In this document: positions 1-12,522 of the stretch, one piece after another
Layout: the number at the start of each line of letters is the position of its first letter
Position numbering within the stretch: position 1 is the stretch's first letter
Source: Entomortierella parvispora E1425
Taxonomy: Eukaryota; Fungi; Mortierellomycota
Direction of reading: 5' to 3'
Assembly: GCA_020891255.1 (NCBI GenBank)
Contig: BQFW01000011.1
Coordinates: 248,001-312,000 of the forward strand
DNA: 64,000 nucleotides
Made by a program: the position numbers and the translations under genes
Notes under the pieces: generated by a model
Database searches by the model: none
The model's input: the letters and a program-made list of their open reading frames with translations, nothing else
What the model was told of the DNA's origin: nothing

Positions 1-3000
1 GCTGTTCACGGCACTATTTTCCATCTTTCCAACCAGAACGTGGATTCAAAAGTCGCCCAATGGTCTCGCAGACCCATTACCATTGCTGAAGCTTCTCTTC
101 ACCATCGTGACCTTCGTTGTATTTGGCCTGGAAAACATCTCAAAGTCCTGCCACCAGGAGCTGAAGCGCCCCAACGTTGAGAAGGTGGTGCAGGCAAACC
201 CTTCTCCCGAGGCCTCCTCCAACTTCTTTGTCCGTATGACGTTCCTCTGGCTTCTTCCGTTGCTCAACAAGGGTACAAAAAAGACGCTCCGAATGGATGA
301 CATCTGGGCACTGCACCCCAAGTTGCTGTCGTTCCCTCTTTTCCTCGCCAGTCAAGCCAAGATTGATGCCGACGAAGCCATTGCCCGCCAACGCGCCCAG
401 AAGAAAAAGGCAGAACGTGCCGACAGTACCCCCTCCGAACAGCCATACTCGATTGACCTCTACAGTGTCCTCATGAGCACAGTGGGCTGGAGCTTCTGGA
501 GTGCTGCTATCCCTCGCCTCCTCTACATTGCTACATTGTACATCCGACCTGTCTTCTTCACGAGCCTGCTGAATTTTTTATCAAGCTACAGCGCCAATTC
601 GGTGGCAGGTAGTGAGCCTGAAGCGTGGAAAGGCTACGGCTATGTTATCGCCATTTTTGTCTCTGCGGTCCTTAGTGGTATCTTCAACGCCCAGTTCTCG
701 AACATCTGCTTTCAGTCGTCGATGAAGGCCCGAAGCGCTCTTGTTAGTCTGATCTACCGGAAGGCACTGCGTCTAAGCTCGACCAACAAGCAAGAAGGCA
801 TAGGCTCGATTGTCAACCACATGAGCGCGGACGTTGACCGCATCCTCTTGATCTTCACAAACATCTATTTCTTTGCGAGCGGTATTATCGAACTTGCTGT
901 GGTCGCCTACCTTCTCTACCAACAGATCAAGTATTCAATGATTGCTGCCGTTGGCGTCGTGATTTTGATTATCACTGCGTGCGGGGGCATGGCACCTGCA
1001 ATTCGCGCTTCCCAAGAGCTCATCATGGTCCATGCCGACAAGAGAATGAAGCTGATCAGTGAGCTGGTCAACTCCATAAAGTCCACCAAGTTGTACGCCT
1101 GGGAGCAATACTTTGTCAAGAACATTACCGAGTCGCGCTACATTCAACTTCACTTTGTCAGGATTTATTACATTTGGACAGCAGTCAGCGCAACACTGCT
1201 CTATTCTGCCACCACCATCGCCTCGTTTGCTGCTCTGTCCATCTACGCCGCAATCGCCACTCCCGGAATGCCTCTGGATATCACCCGCATGTTCAGCGCC
1301 CTTACCTATATCAACATGATGGGAACTCCGCTCCTCCAGACCAAAACTGCCATCCCCATTATTATTAGTGGCAAAGTGTCGTACACCCGTATCAAATCGT
1401 TCCTCGAATCTGAAGAGATCAACCCCGACAATGTTGTGCGCATTCCACAAGCAGGTGCCTCTGATGTTGCGTACGAGGTCAAGAACGGCACTTTTGGCTG
1501 GTACACCCTTGAAGCCATCAAAAAAACGAATGGGAGGCGCGAGAACGAAGCCAGGGAAAAGGCAGAGAAGGCGACCAAGGAACCAGAGATGATGTTGGAT
1601 AGCGCCTCTCAACTGGACACGGACAAAAGGACAGATGAGGCAACACAGGATTCTTTGGGCCCGGTGCTCCATGATGTGTCGTTCACCGTCAAACGAGGTT
1701 CGTTGACGGCTGTCGTTGGTCGAGTCGGTCAAGGCAAGTCGTCCTTAGCCGGTGCCCTTCTTGGCGAGATGTACAAGTACAGTGGTTCTGTAATTGCCTA
1801 TGGTTCGCTTGCCTATGTAGCCCAGTCCGCTTGGATCCTCAATGACACCGTCCGCAACAACATCTTATTTGGTCACGAGTACAACAAGGAGCGATACCTG
1901 CAAGTAATCAAGGCCTGTGCCTTGATCTCTGACTTCAAGATGCTCGTCAATGGCGACCAGACACTGATTGGTGAAAAGGTAAGCAAAAGTGGGCTGTGAT
2001 CATCATATAAGGCAGATCCAGAGATGAACTTATTAGAAACTGATATTGACATGTTATCGTCTGTTAGGGCATTAACCTCTCTGGAGGCCAGAGGCAACGT
2101 ATTTCTATTGCCCGGGCTGTCTACGCCGACGCCGACGTGTACATTTTTGACGACCCACTTTCGGCTGTCGATGCCCATGTTGACCGTCACATTTTTGAAG
2201 AAGCGATCAGTCAGATCCTCGCTGGCAAGACTCGTATTATGATCACCAATGGAATCCATCACCTTCAAGACGTGGATCAGATCATTGTGGTGAAGCAGGG
2301 AAGGATTGCCCAGGATGGAAGCTACGATGACCTTATTGGTGACACCGAAGGCGATCTTTTCCGATTGGTAGCGGAGAGCAATTTGACTCATGGAGGCGTG
2401 AAGGAGAAGGAGGGTCTCCAGGACCTGTCCGGCAACACCCCGTTTACTGAGGAGAAGGACGCTATTGAAGTTGTCAGCAAAAAGGACAGTGCTCCCTCGA
2501 GTGGTCCACTCAACCCCTCCTCACTCTGCCCCTCTAATCCTTCGCAGCCCCAGCAGGACGACCTCGAACTGGACAAGCATCAAGTCGTTGACGAAGAGGT
2601 GACCAAGGAGGGTGGTGTGAGCTGGGGAGTGTACAAGAACTACATTCAGTGTGCGGGTCCAATTGGCTGCGCCATCTTTCTCTTTATCAACATTGTCTTC
2701 ATTGCGATTCAGTACTGTTTCCAGTTCTGGCTCAAACAATGGGGAAACGACAATGGGAAACCTGTGCCTTCTCATAGTCCCAACTACTGGATCTTGTGCT
2801 CACTTGGCTGGACCTTGGGGTCGGTGGCGTCGCTCGGGTCCATTTATTTTGTATCATACCTCGCACTGGCACGCCGCGCCTCCAAGGTCTTGCATGCGGG
2901 CATGCTCACCCCGTTGGTCCGCTCTCCGATGAGCTTTTTCGACATCACCTCCTCGGGCAAGATTGTAAACAGGTTCAGTCAGGATATCTCTGCGATTGAC

Positions 3001-4359
3001 CTTGATCTTCCAATGAAGTTTGTGGGCCTTCTCTTTGGTATTCTTTTCGTCCTCTTGCAATTCGCGTATGCAATCGCCGCTACACCCTACAGCATCATTT
3101 TGTTGGTCCCTCTCTGTGTGTGCTACTACTACCTGGCAGGATATTACCTGGTGTCATCTCGGGAGCTCAAGCGTCTCGACTCGGCCGCTCGTTCGCCAAT
3201 GTACGCCCAGTTTGCAGAGACGCTCAACGGTCTGGCCACAATCCGTGGATTTAGTGACGGCGAACGGTTTCGCATGCAGGCCAACAAGATGCTGGATCAG
3301 TCGCAGCAAGTCTATTACCTGATCAATCTGACGCAGCTATGGCTCCAGTTGATGCTCGATTTCCTCAGCGACATCGTTCTTGGTTTTGTGGCTCTGATGG
3401 CTGTCCTCCAGCGAGATCCTGCGAGCACTGGACAGTTTGGTATTGTTATTAGTCAGATTGGTACATTGACTGGAATGACTACCGTGATGATGACGGCTTA
3501 CTGCCAGCTCGAGATCGGCATCGTCTCTGTCGAACGTATCCGCGAGTATAACCGGCTTCCCTCCGAGGCTCGCGATGTGATTCCCGACTCCAAGACAGAC
3601 GAAAGCTGGCCGCAGCAGGGTAAAATTGAGTTCCAAAACTATTCCACACGATACCGCGAGGGTCATGATCTGGTGCTCAAGAACATTGACTTGACGATCC
3701 ACTCTGGGGAGCGCATTGGTATTGTTGGGCGCACGGGTGCGGGCAAGTCCTCTGTGACGATGGCGCTCTTCCGAATCATCGAGGCCGCGGAGGGCAAAAT
3801 TGTCATTGACGGGGTCGACATCTCGACCTTGGGATTGCACCGACTTCGGTCTAGCTTGGCCATTATTCCTCAAGAGCCTTTCCTCTTTGGTGGCACGATC
3901 CGCCTCAATCTCGATCCATTTGACAAATGGCAGGATGCCGACATTTGGAGAGCCCTAGAGTCTGCCTCGCTGAAAGACTACGTGTCGTCACTGCCCGAGG
4001 GACTCAACGCACCGATTGAGAATAGTGGCGACAGTCTGTCACTGGGTCAGCGCCAGCTGATGAGTCTGGCAAGGGCGATGCTCAACCAGCACATCCGAAT
4101 CCTCTGCCTCGATGAAGCCACTGCCGCAATTGATATAGAAACGGACAACGCCATCCAGGTGGCGCTTCGCAAGTCGTTCAAAAACTGCACGGTTTTGACG
4201 ATTGCCCACCGGATCAACACCATCATGGACAGCGACCGCATCATCGTCTTAGACCATGGACGCATCGCCGAATTCGGTACGCCCGAAGTGCTGCTGAACA
4301 ACCCTGAAAGCATCTTTTATAGTTTGGTGAAGAAGAGTGAAAACGTCAAGTCGTCCTAA
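1..4359 (+). CDS. ABCC/MRP-type ABC transporter, 5' truncated by the window; exons <1-1978 and 2068-4359
   Basis: Frame is open from the window start. TMD1 and NBD1 Walker A GRVGQGKSS. GT-AG intron 1979-2067 joins IGEK|GINLSGGQRQRISIARAVY..YIFDDPLSAVDAH. TMD2 and NBD2 (GRTGAGKSS, LSLGQRQL, LCLDEATA, TIAHR). Confidence 0.95.
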
Positions 4360-5222
4360 TGGGACCAGCATCGAAACATGGCTAGATTCCGATGTAGACG
4401 ACAGGTTATCTTCTCTAGGGTATCACACATCAACAATAGAATGCTTCAAAACATCTTGAATACCTTGCCGAGACTAAGAAGGGGTTTCGTTTGTACAGCA
4501 GTGGTTCGCGGCTCACGATGTTCAGTATACCACGCGTCGATTGCTCTACCTTCGTCAGCGCCTTGTCTCCTTTAACTTCGCCTTGCATTCTTTTTTTTTT
4601 TTTTTGCCATGCTGTCTTCCATTTACTTTGCCATGCTTTCGTTGTTTTGTGCCTTCAGTGGTAAGATTACAGAAGCACTCACTCCCACAATGAGAGTAGG
4701 GTCATGGACAACAACTCAAAAGATGAGCGATAAATCGATTAGAGCAGGAGCGATGTGCAAAAAAACGGGTTGCGGGGATATTTGTGTGGCTGGACAAAAA
4801 ACTACATGGAGCACGAGTCTAAGAGGGTGGGCTCACACAGCAAAGAGAGACAAGGGCAAGGTGAGGAGGCGAGGTTGCTAAAGCATTGGCAAAGCAGATA
4901 AAGGGGTAATCGGGGCGAAATGGTCTTGGCAAAGTGCACGCAGCTGCATAGTGCAGGTCGTTCTGTGACACTCCCACGCACTGAGTCGAAGACGAAATGT
5001 GCTCAGCTTTGCATCCACGGACTGTCCACGTTGAACTAAAAGACGTCGAACATCCACCCACCAAAAAAGTTGCCTATAAATAATGGGTGATGCACCCACA
5101 TTTTTTTCTTGCACTCATCTTCCAAGCACTCTTCTTCCAAGCACCAGTCTCCCAAGTAACACGCCTTCTACACCCCTTTCCCCCTCTTCCCTCCCTTCCC
5201 CTCCAAGAAACAGCGCCTCAAT

Positions 5223-6848
5223 ATGTTGAACGAAGGACTCCAAGCCAAAACGCCCGCCGAAGGTACTCTCGCTCAAGCGTTCGTCAGCTTTAAAGATCAC
5301 TTCAATGGCCACAAGGTCTCTACGGAGGTACGCATGCTGGAATCCATTCGGGGGTGCCATCCTGAGTACCAAGTGACCCGTGTATCAGAATCGAAGTTCG
5401 ACCTTCGAGGGTATGCAAGAGCGGGCCATGCAACAATCACCAAGGAGGAGGGACACGAGCACTTTGATGCAACACGGTCTTATTCGTCGCCTGGCTCTCG
5501 CCTCGAGAAAACCCCGGGCTTTCTGTATGATACGGTCCGATTTGGTCGATGGAAATACAGTTGGAAATCGTTCGAGTACCTCGTCTATGAAGTCCTGTAC
5601 CAAGATCCACATAGTTCACCTGTCAAGTTGTACTATATTTTGTCTCCTCGGCCCGGTGGAGTTCAATCGTCGAAAAACGTTGCCACAGACGAGCTGCTCC
5701 TGGCCGTAGGAGCTTGGAGTAAGGAGCTCCACAAGGAGATTCATGTGTTCGATAATGGTTATTGGCAGAAGGACGCTGAGCTCTGGAAAAGCATCCAAGG
5801 TTCCTCATGGGAAGACGTCATTCTCAACGAAAATTTGAAAACCAGCTTGATGCGAGATGTCCAAGGATTCTTTGAAAATCAACAACTCTACAAGAAACTT
5901 GCAGTTCCATGGAAGCGTGGAGTCATCCTCCATGGTGTTCCCGGAAATGGAAAGACTATTTCCATCAAAGCTCTTATTAACTCTATGGCGTCACTCGAGG
6001 AGCCCGTTCCTGCCTTGTATGTCAAGTCTTTTGACGCGTGTCAAGGTGAAAAGTATGCGATCCGCTCGATTTTCAGCCAAGCTCGGTCCATGGCACCTTG
6101 CCTATTGATCTTTGAGGACCTTGATAGTCTTGTTCAGGACGAGACTCGCAGTTACTTTCTCAACGAGGTCGACGGTTTGGAATCGAACGATGGAATCCTG
6201 ATGATCGGCTCCACTAACCATTTGGATGCCCTGGATCCTGCCATCTCGAAGCGTCCGAGTCGCTTTGATCGCAAGTATCATTTCCAAATTCCAAATGAGC
6301 AGGAGCGAATTGCTTATTGCCATTTCTGGCAGAATAAGCTCACCAACACCGACATGGTGAGCTTTGAAGACGACCTCTGTCCAATTATTGGAAAGTTGAC
6401 AGAGGGCTTCAGCTTTGCTTACTTGAAGGAATTGTTTGTCATCTCACTACTCGCAGTCGCCCGTGGTGGAACGATCGAAGAAGAAGAGGAACAAGATGGC
6501 ACAGAAAGCAACGCCTCTGTGCATGCAAATGGGGTTGTAGAGCCAAAGGACACTATTGAGACGGAAGATAAAGGTGAAGAAAAGAGTGAATCGACTGAAG
6601 GCAGTGAAACCAAAAAGGAGGTCAAGAAACGAGTCATGCCAGAGGTCGAGATTCCAGCTGCTTTCCAGGACAATATCCTCTTGAAAGTCATCAAGAACCA
6701 GGTCAAAGTTTTGCTGGCAGACATGGACAACACAGAGGACAGCGGTTCATCTTCCGCTAAGAAAACATCTAAAAATCGTCAAGGAGCGCAGGCTGATCGT
6801 CTCAGGGCGATGCAAGAGGCTGCAAGAGCAAGGAGCGGGTGTTGCTAA
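5223..6848 (+). CDS. AAA+ ATPase (single AAA domain, fungal family of unknown function)
   Basis: 541-aa intronless ORF. Walker A GVPGNGKT, Walker B LLIFEDLD, SRH TNHLDALDPAISKRPSRFD. Confidence 0.9.
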   Translation: MLNEGLQAKTPAEGTLAQAFVSFKDHFNGHKVSTEVRMLESIRGCHPEYQVTRVSESKFDLRGYARAGHATITKEEGHEHFDATRSYSSPGSRLEKTPGFLYDTVRFGRWKYSWKSFEYLVYEVLYQDPHSSPVKLYYILSPRPGGVQSSKNVATDELLLAVGAWSKELHKEIHVFDNGYWQKDAELWKSIQGSSWEDVILNENLKTSLMRDVQGFFENQQLYKKLAVPWKRGVILHGVPGNGKTISIKALINSMASLEEPVPALYVKSFDACQGEKYAIRSIFSQARSMAPCLLIFEDLDSLVQDETRSYFLNEVDGLESNDGILMIGSTNHLDALDPAISKRPSRFDRKYHFQIPNEQERIAYCHFWQNKLTNTDMVSFEDDLCPIIGKLTEGFSFAYLKELFVISLLAVARGGTIEEEEEQDGTESNASVHANGVVEPKDTIETEDKGEEKSESTEGSETKKEVKKRVMPEVEIPAAFQDNILLKVIKNQVKVLLADMDNTEDSGSSSAKKTSKNRQGAQADRLRAMQEAARARSGCC

Positions 6849-7231
6849 GTATAACCAGCATCGTCTCTCAAAGAACCATTGTGCACCATGGCCCTCCCAG
6901 GGGATGCCGTGACCCTTGGATTCGCCTGACTTGTTCCTTGTTCTCGGATCCCAATATCATTCCTGATTCTGATATACACTTTCATGGCCTCCTCTTGTTT
7001 GCCCCTCAGTTTGCGCCTTGACTTCCTTGCACATCCTAGGCTAGTCCTTGTCTATTCGTCTTTTTGAATATATCTTTATTACACGTCTCTTCTTTATCTC
7101 TTCGTTAGTCCGGTACTTTATTGTAGACTACGAATCCAAATTTTAGCCGTGTCCAGGCTCATGTCCGACCATGTCCCCTTGTGTTGGGATTGGCTCTAAC
7201 AGCCACACTTCGGGTGTCCATGACCTCTAGG

Positions 7232-7460
7232 GCATGTAAGAAATATGGCTTTCACACCATGTAGCATGGGCTCCCCAGAGCGGTCTTTTCTGCGGATTGG
7301 TTCTAGCGCATGTAAAAAAACATGGCTTTCACACCGTGTATCCAGGGCGTCCCACAGCGGTTTTTTCTACAGATTGGTTCTTGCGCATGTACAAAATATG
7401 GCTTTCACGCCGTGTAGCTTGAGTTGCCCAGAGAGGTCATTTCTACATATTGGTTCGATG
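7232..7460. repeat. Three imperfect ~76-77 bp tandem repeats
   Basis: ATGGCTTTCAC starts at 7245, 7322 and 7398, each followed by similar CCAGAGCGG..TTTTC..ATTGGTTC sequence. Confidence 0.8.
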
Positions 7461-8039
7461 CCGTGTTTGTGCGAAGACCTCTTCTTCGGACATGGGTTCT
7501 CGTATTGTCATTTGTGTCTGGACTTATTCTTCGGTGTCCTTGAACAATCCGGGTTCTGGTGCTATCAGGATTTGCTGCTGTGTCTGGGCCTGCTCTTCGC
7601 CATGCTTGGAGGGCGACGCATTCCTTTGCTCTTCTACTCTCTTTCGGATTCGTAACGGTAGGAGAGCACACTCCAGGATTTCCCTTGTTTTTTTTTGGAC
7701 GAGTCGCTGGCAAGAACTCCTCCTCTACGTTCTGGATCAACAGCTCGTTCCCAGGATCCTTTTGGAGTTCGTTTTGGAAGGCTCTTTAGTATACTCTACA
7801 GCCCATAAAGAATCTTGCTTTCTTCCGACTTTGTCCCCTCTCCTGCTGAAGCAAGGTTTGCTCAGCTACCCTTGTCTCAGAGTCCTCGACCCGTCATGAA
7901 ACAGCTTTGTCAGTAAGTCAAAGCAGACCCGCGCCCTAAGGTGGGACTAAAAGTTGTGAGCAATGTGTCTTTTTTATTTTTTTTTCTTCATCATCATGTC
8001 GCTATAGGCTCACCGGTTGCTCGTGGAGAATCATTCAGT

Positions 8040-8351
8040 ATTGCACACATTGCACCACAAGGGGCTCTGTTGAAATTACTGCGACATATGTCCACTACTG
8101 CACCACAACAGCCTCAAAGCGGTGTTTCTGGTTCTGAAAAGGACAACCATAGTATTCTCATCTTACCCTTTGATGGATATGTATGGGAGATTGACAGCTT
8201 TGACTCTAATGGACCGCTGAATCTTGGTCCAAGTGACTCGAGTTGGACGAAGGTGGCTTCCAATCGATTGCAAATGTCGAGTGACACCTCTACCATCACT
8301 GGAGTCGGGGTGGATGTCCAGTGGCAGCACAAGTGCGCACTAAAAAAATGA
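8040..8351 (+). pseudogene. Possible degenerate ubiquitin C-terminal hydrolase (peptidase C12)-like fragment
   Basis: NHSILILPFDGYVWEIDSFDSNGPLNLG..W resembles the His/Asp catalytic segment (HF...DG..YELDG..GP..G..W) of UCH enzymes. No catalytic Cys segment found. Confidence 0.35.
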
Positions 8352-9583
8352 AAAGGAAAAAGCTAGAACCTACAAGAATGGAAGAATAAACAGTTTCGTA
8401 AAGAGTCGATTCATATCTTGAATGGGAAAGCGTCCGCAAACTCGGACATTCTCGAGAGATCTAGCTCTACTGAAAGCCCACGTATGCCTGACAGGTGCAG
8501 AACAAAGAGTCGAGATCCACTGAGACTGCATCAAGAGTCAGTGATTGAGACTTGTGGATTGTGGATTGTCATGGCGTACGCCAGTTGGGGCGGAAACTGG
8601 CGTCTCCAGTGGGAGTCACAGGTCATGTATCTCAAGCCTCACGACAATCTGTAAAGTGTTCCATCGCTCAGCCGCAAAATGACACGATCATTTTCATAGC
8701 CATGCACCGTAGCCAGAGTTCCATTGATAACCCGTAGCCCAAGGCTCATATTCGAAGTGACGAGAACTTTGGCCCCCAAATATTTTCAGTGTCGATGTCG
8801 GTCCCACTTCGTGTTCTAGCCAAAGTCTTTAGACACTGACCTCTGACGGGTGCAGTAGTAAATGGGCGAGTCCCGCATCGGTTATGAATAAATCAGGGAA
8901 GAAGGAGATAGAAGCAGATAGAAGATGACAGTTGTTCCTGGTCAAAGTAATTGAGGGTGGGAACGATGAGTTAGGATCGGGAGAGGGGTGTACATAAGCA
9001 AAGCAGCATCCGAGGGCATATGGCCAGGGGCATTGAGAGATCATAGGTACAATCATCGCGACCAGGCTTTAGACGAACAGGGATTGGCGCGGAGGGATAT
9101 TGGTCGGGAGTTGAGGCGCTGGTCTAGGGTCTAGGGCAAGCACTAGGCAGAGGTACATTGGGGAAGGCGCGTGCCAGATGACAGCCAAGGTTCGTGACCT
9201 CAAGTCCCAATCTTATCTGGGGTATTTATACTGAGGATTGGGGTGGTAATGGTGGCAACGATAGGGGTCATTGGGACTGTGCACCAAGTCATTTTATTTC
9301 TCGCTGTTTTGGAATTGCGTACTGCATTCCCCCATCTTCCTCACTCGTGTACGGAAATTTATCGCAAAATGCAAGCATATCGATGACTTTTCCTTGGGCC
9401 AGTTTTTCTTGAAACCATGTTATCGCCGCATTGGTTGTTAAATCACATACATTGGTGCCTCTGTATTGTCACTGTTGCACTTTACAGAGTCCATAATCTA
9501 GGCTTACAACAGTTAATATTCAAACCATGATGTATTGCGACAATCGAAAAGATAAAAGACGTTCTAACACGCCAGACTCCATC

Positions 9584-9740
9584 TTCCGCCCCTCCATCGC
9601 GAACTAAACGGAAGCCCCACTAAGAAAAAACCAGTTTTGGCAAGCTATAGCATTCAAACATCAACTACAATCCTGTTTCCACCCCACTTTCCGCCCTTCC
9701 GCCGCGAACTAAACGGAAGCCCCACTAAGAAAGAACCAAT
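9584..9740. repeat. Short direct duplication (~50 bp, 105-bp spacing)
   Basis: TTCCGCCC..CGCGAACTAAACGGAAGCCCCACTAAGAAA occurs at ~9584 and ~9689. Confidence 0.8.
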
Positions 9741-10279
9741 GTATATTTGACAGGATGACTGTAGTTGAAGTTTCCCAGCCCGATTACAATTTATACCAGT
9801 AGGGAAAGCATTAACATTACCTTCGTAACCTTAGAAGGTGGAGAGGGGTACGTCGACAGTAAAACCAGTGGCCGACAAGGAAAGTGAAGAGTCGCCAGAA
9901 GAGACCTCGCTAGAAGAGACCTCCGAGAGGATAGATGGTTGGACGTTGTCGCTGTCGAAGAGGAGAAATAACACGGCGATGATTAGCAGATTAATCTGAC
10001 GGCAGACGCGAGGGTGGCAAAAGTAACGAGTTGCACTGATTGCGTACGGAGAACACGCGATAGCGTGAAGAGGTGTGGCAGCAACGAAGATGTAACTACA
10101 AGGGGAGGAGTTCGATTGAGAAGGGAGGATGAAAGGGGTACAGTACAGTGGCCATGTCCAGCTGAAGAGATACGATAAAACATATTCCAGGAAAAAAAAA
10201 AAAAAAAAAGGGGAGTCGAATCCGTTTTGTGCTCTGATCCTTTGCTGGGGCCTGGAGATAGGAATGCCCTGCGTGAGAG

Positions 10280-11870
10280 CAATTTGCAAAGCGATTTTAG
10301 AGGGATCACAGGCTCAAGCTTTGATTGAACATTGGTCGCCGCTGTCTTCGCAAAACGATTCCGCCCATCATACTCGATCCAGTCGGTCCAGGATGCCAAC
10401 TCCTTCTGTAATGGTGAACAGGGTCGAAGATTTTCGGTGTGGACGACGTCGTGGATCATGTAGAGTTGGATAGTTCCACGCGAAAGTGACGGATTAATAC
10501 TGTGGTCGCAATTTATCGAGTAGTCTGGTGGTGTCAGTTGGGATCGTGATATCGGTGGCACGCAACAAGATTTGGTCACCGATTCGTACTTGTGGACGTG
10601 TGGTCGCTTGTTGTCCTGCTCATCCTGGCGGTCCTGGAACGCTGCAGTGCATCTTGGGCAGGGATGAGGGTTGTTGCCTGCTCTGCGACGTAAGCGTCCG
10701 CACGGTGGGGAGATAACTGCTGGGATTGCTGAGGAGTATGGCTGACAGGCAAGGACGTTGGCCAGTTTTGAAGAACTGTGAGTAGCCAGCGAAGTGCCGA
10801 CCGCATTGCTATAGGCGAACTCTAGCGATGGAAGCAACTGATTCCAGTTGAACGGCTTGTTCCTGACAAGGCGTGAAACAGGTCTTCGGTGCCTTGTTCA
10901 TAATCTCCATCTGTCCATCCGTCTGCGGGTGGCAAGCTGCCGGCAGCGCCAACCTCACATCCAGTCGCTTGTGCCACTCCTGCCAGAACCTGCTTGTAAA
11001 TCGCGTGTTATAGTCCGATATGATGAAAGTGGATAATCCATGCAGTTTAAAGACAAAAAAACTGGTGAGCGACAATGAGAGCTGGGAACAAAGTGAGCGA
11101 GCCTGATGAGCTTGTCGACAAGACCGTGGTGGCGCTAAAGTTGCGATTTGTTGGAGGAAAATGGCCGATGAAGAAGTCCATGACGACTACGCTGATATGG
11201 GATTGGAAGGGCTGCAATAGTCCTGCAAGCAGCTGAGATCCTCTGTTCCTTGGACATTTTTCGCAGGGGGGCGACATGGCGCGGATGTCCTTGGCAACGC
11301 GCGGTCATACGCGTAGCGGCGCAGGCTGTCCTTAGTCTTTTGAAAGCCAAAGTGTCCACCTGAAACTGAGTCGTGGGCATCGTTCAGGAGAGTGAGGCGG
11401 ATGGGATGACCCGAGTAGTGGATCCTCTTCGAAGTAGAGCAGCCCATTCTAGAATGAGTAACCATTGCAGACTCTTCCTCCCTGACAATCCTTCTTGATG
11501 GGTCCAAGTATACGTCATTGTTAAAGAGCATTGGAGGACAGAGATAGACGGAGGTTGTCCTTCACGAGGGCCAGGGTCGCAGTACCCCGAGCAGGCACGG
11601 GTGAGCATGGGCTGCGTTGGGAAGCAACGGTGATTAGCGTGGTTGATGTTGATGATGTTGACAGCGTTGCCTGGTGCTGTCGACGCAGTAGCATCCTGTG
11701 CGCAGGTGGATGACAACCAACGGCTCCTCATGGGAGTAGTTCCGTTCGGTTGATGTCATGTCGGTCCAGGTGGAGCAGCACTGGGCCAATGGCGACACGC
11801 GATGCATCCGTGTCGACGATGGTCATGAGGTCAGGGTCGAAGAAGCGGAGGATGAGCAAATGTGGATTGA
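10280..11870 (-). mobile_element. Decayed Ty3/gypsy LTR-retrotransposon pol remnant (RNase H - integrase), frameshifted
   Basis: Minus strand, in several frames: ILRFFDPDLMTIVDTDASRVAIG (RNase H, ~11760-11850), LLNDAHDSVSGGHFGFQKT (integrase HHCC), AGLLQP..VMDF, HPQTDGQMEIMNK (integrase core), IHDVVHTENLRP (C-terminal). No RT, gag or LTRs recognised. Confidence 0.85.
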
Positions 11871-12147
11871 CAGGAAGAAAAAATAATTTTTTTGTTTGGG
11901 TGTGGGGTCTCTCGCGTCCTGGATCAGGCGAGGCTTGTCTGTCTCATCGGGAAACAGAGCTGGCTCGCCAGAACAACCGTGCAACGTGCAACGGTCCCTC
12001 TTTCGAATCGCAGGTGGACTAATAGCAGGGCATCCCCCATCATTGCAACAAACACTTCATCCATCCACAGTGGCATTGTTATTGTTGTCATAACGAGTAT
12101 TATTATAATATATTTGTATTGGAAGACAAAGACAAAAAAAGGTGCCG

Positions 12148-12522
12148 CTACTTGCGAACGCACAAGATGCCATGTGCACCTTCGTGATCCCCATACACGA
12201 GAGGGTTTTCAGTCATTTTATCCTCGGGATTACAATAGATACCGTCGCCACCCTGATAGTTCTCGTAGAGGGTGCAGCTGTAGAACTCGCTGTTTGCAAA
12301 CTTCACCTGGCAAAGATAATCGTCTCGGTACTGTGTGCACTGACCAATGACAATATCCAGCGATAAATTCTTAAACTCCTTATCACATTGAACAAGCTCA
12401 GCATTAACGACCTCGCGCTGGGCCTGCGCTCCAGGGGGAGGTGCGATGGGAGTGGCTTGAACCGAGAAACTGACAAGGAATAGAGCCGAGGCGATACTCG
12501 ATGCAATGAAGCGGATATACAT
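12148..12522 (-). CDS. Small secreted cysteine-rich protein, 124 aa, unknown function
   Basis: ATG at 12522: MYIRFIASSIASALFLVSFSVQA is signal-peptide-like. Mature part has 6 Cys. Confidence 0.65.
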   Translation of the reverse strand: MYIRFIASSIASALFLVSFSVQATPIAPPPGAQAQREVVNAELVQCDKEFKNLSLDIVIGQCTQYRDDYLCQVKFANSEFYSCTLYENYQGGDGIYCNPEDKMTENPLVYGDHEGAHGILCVRK

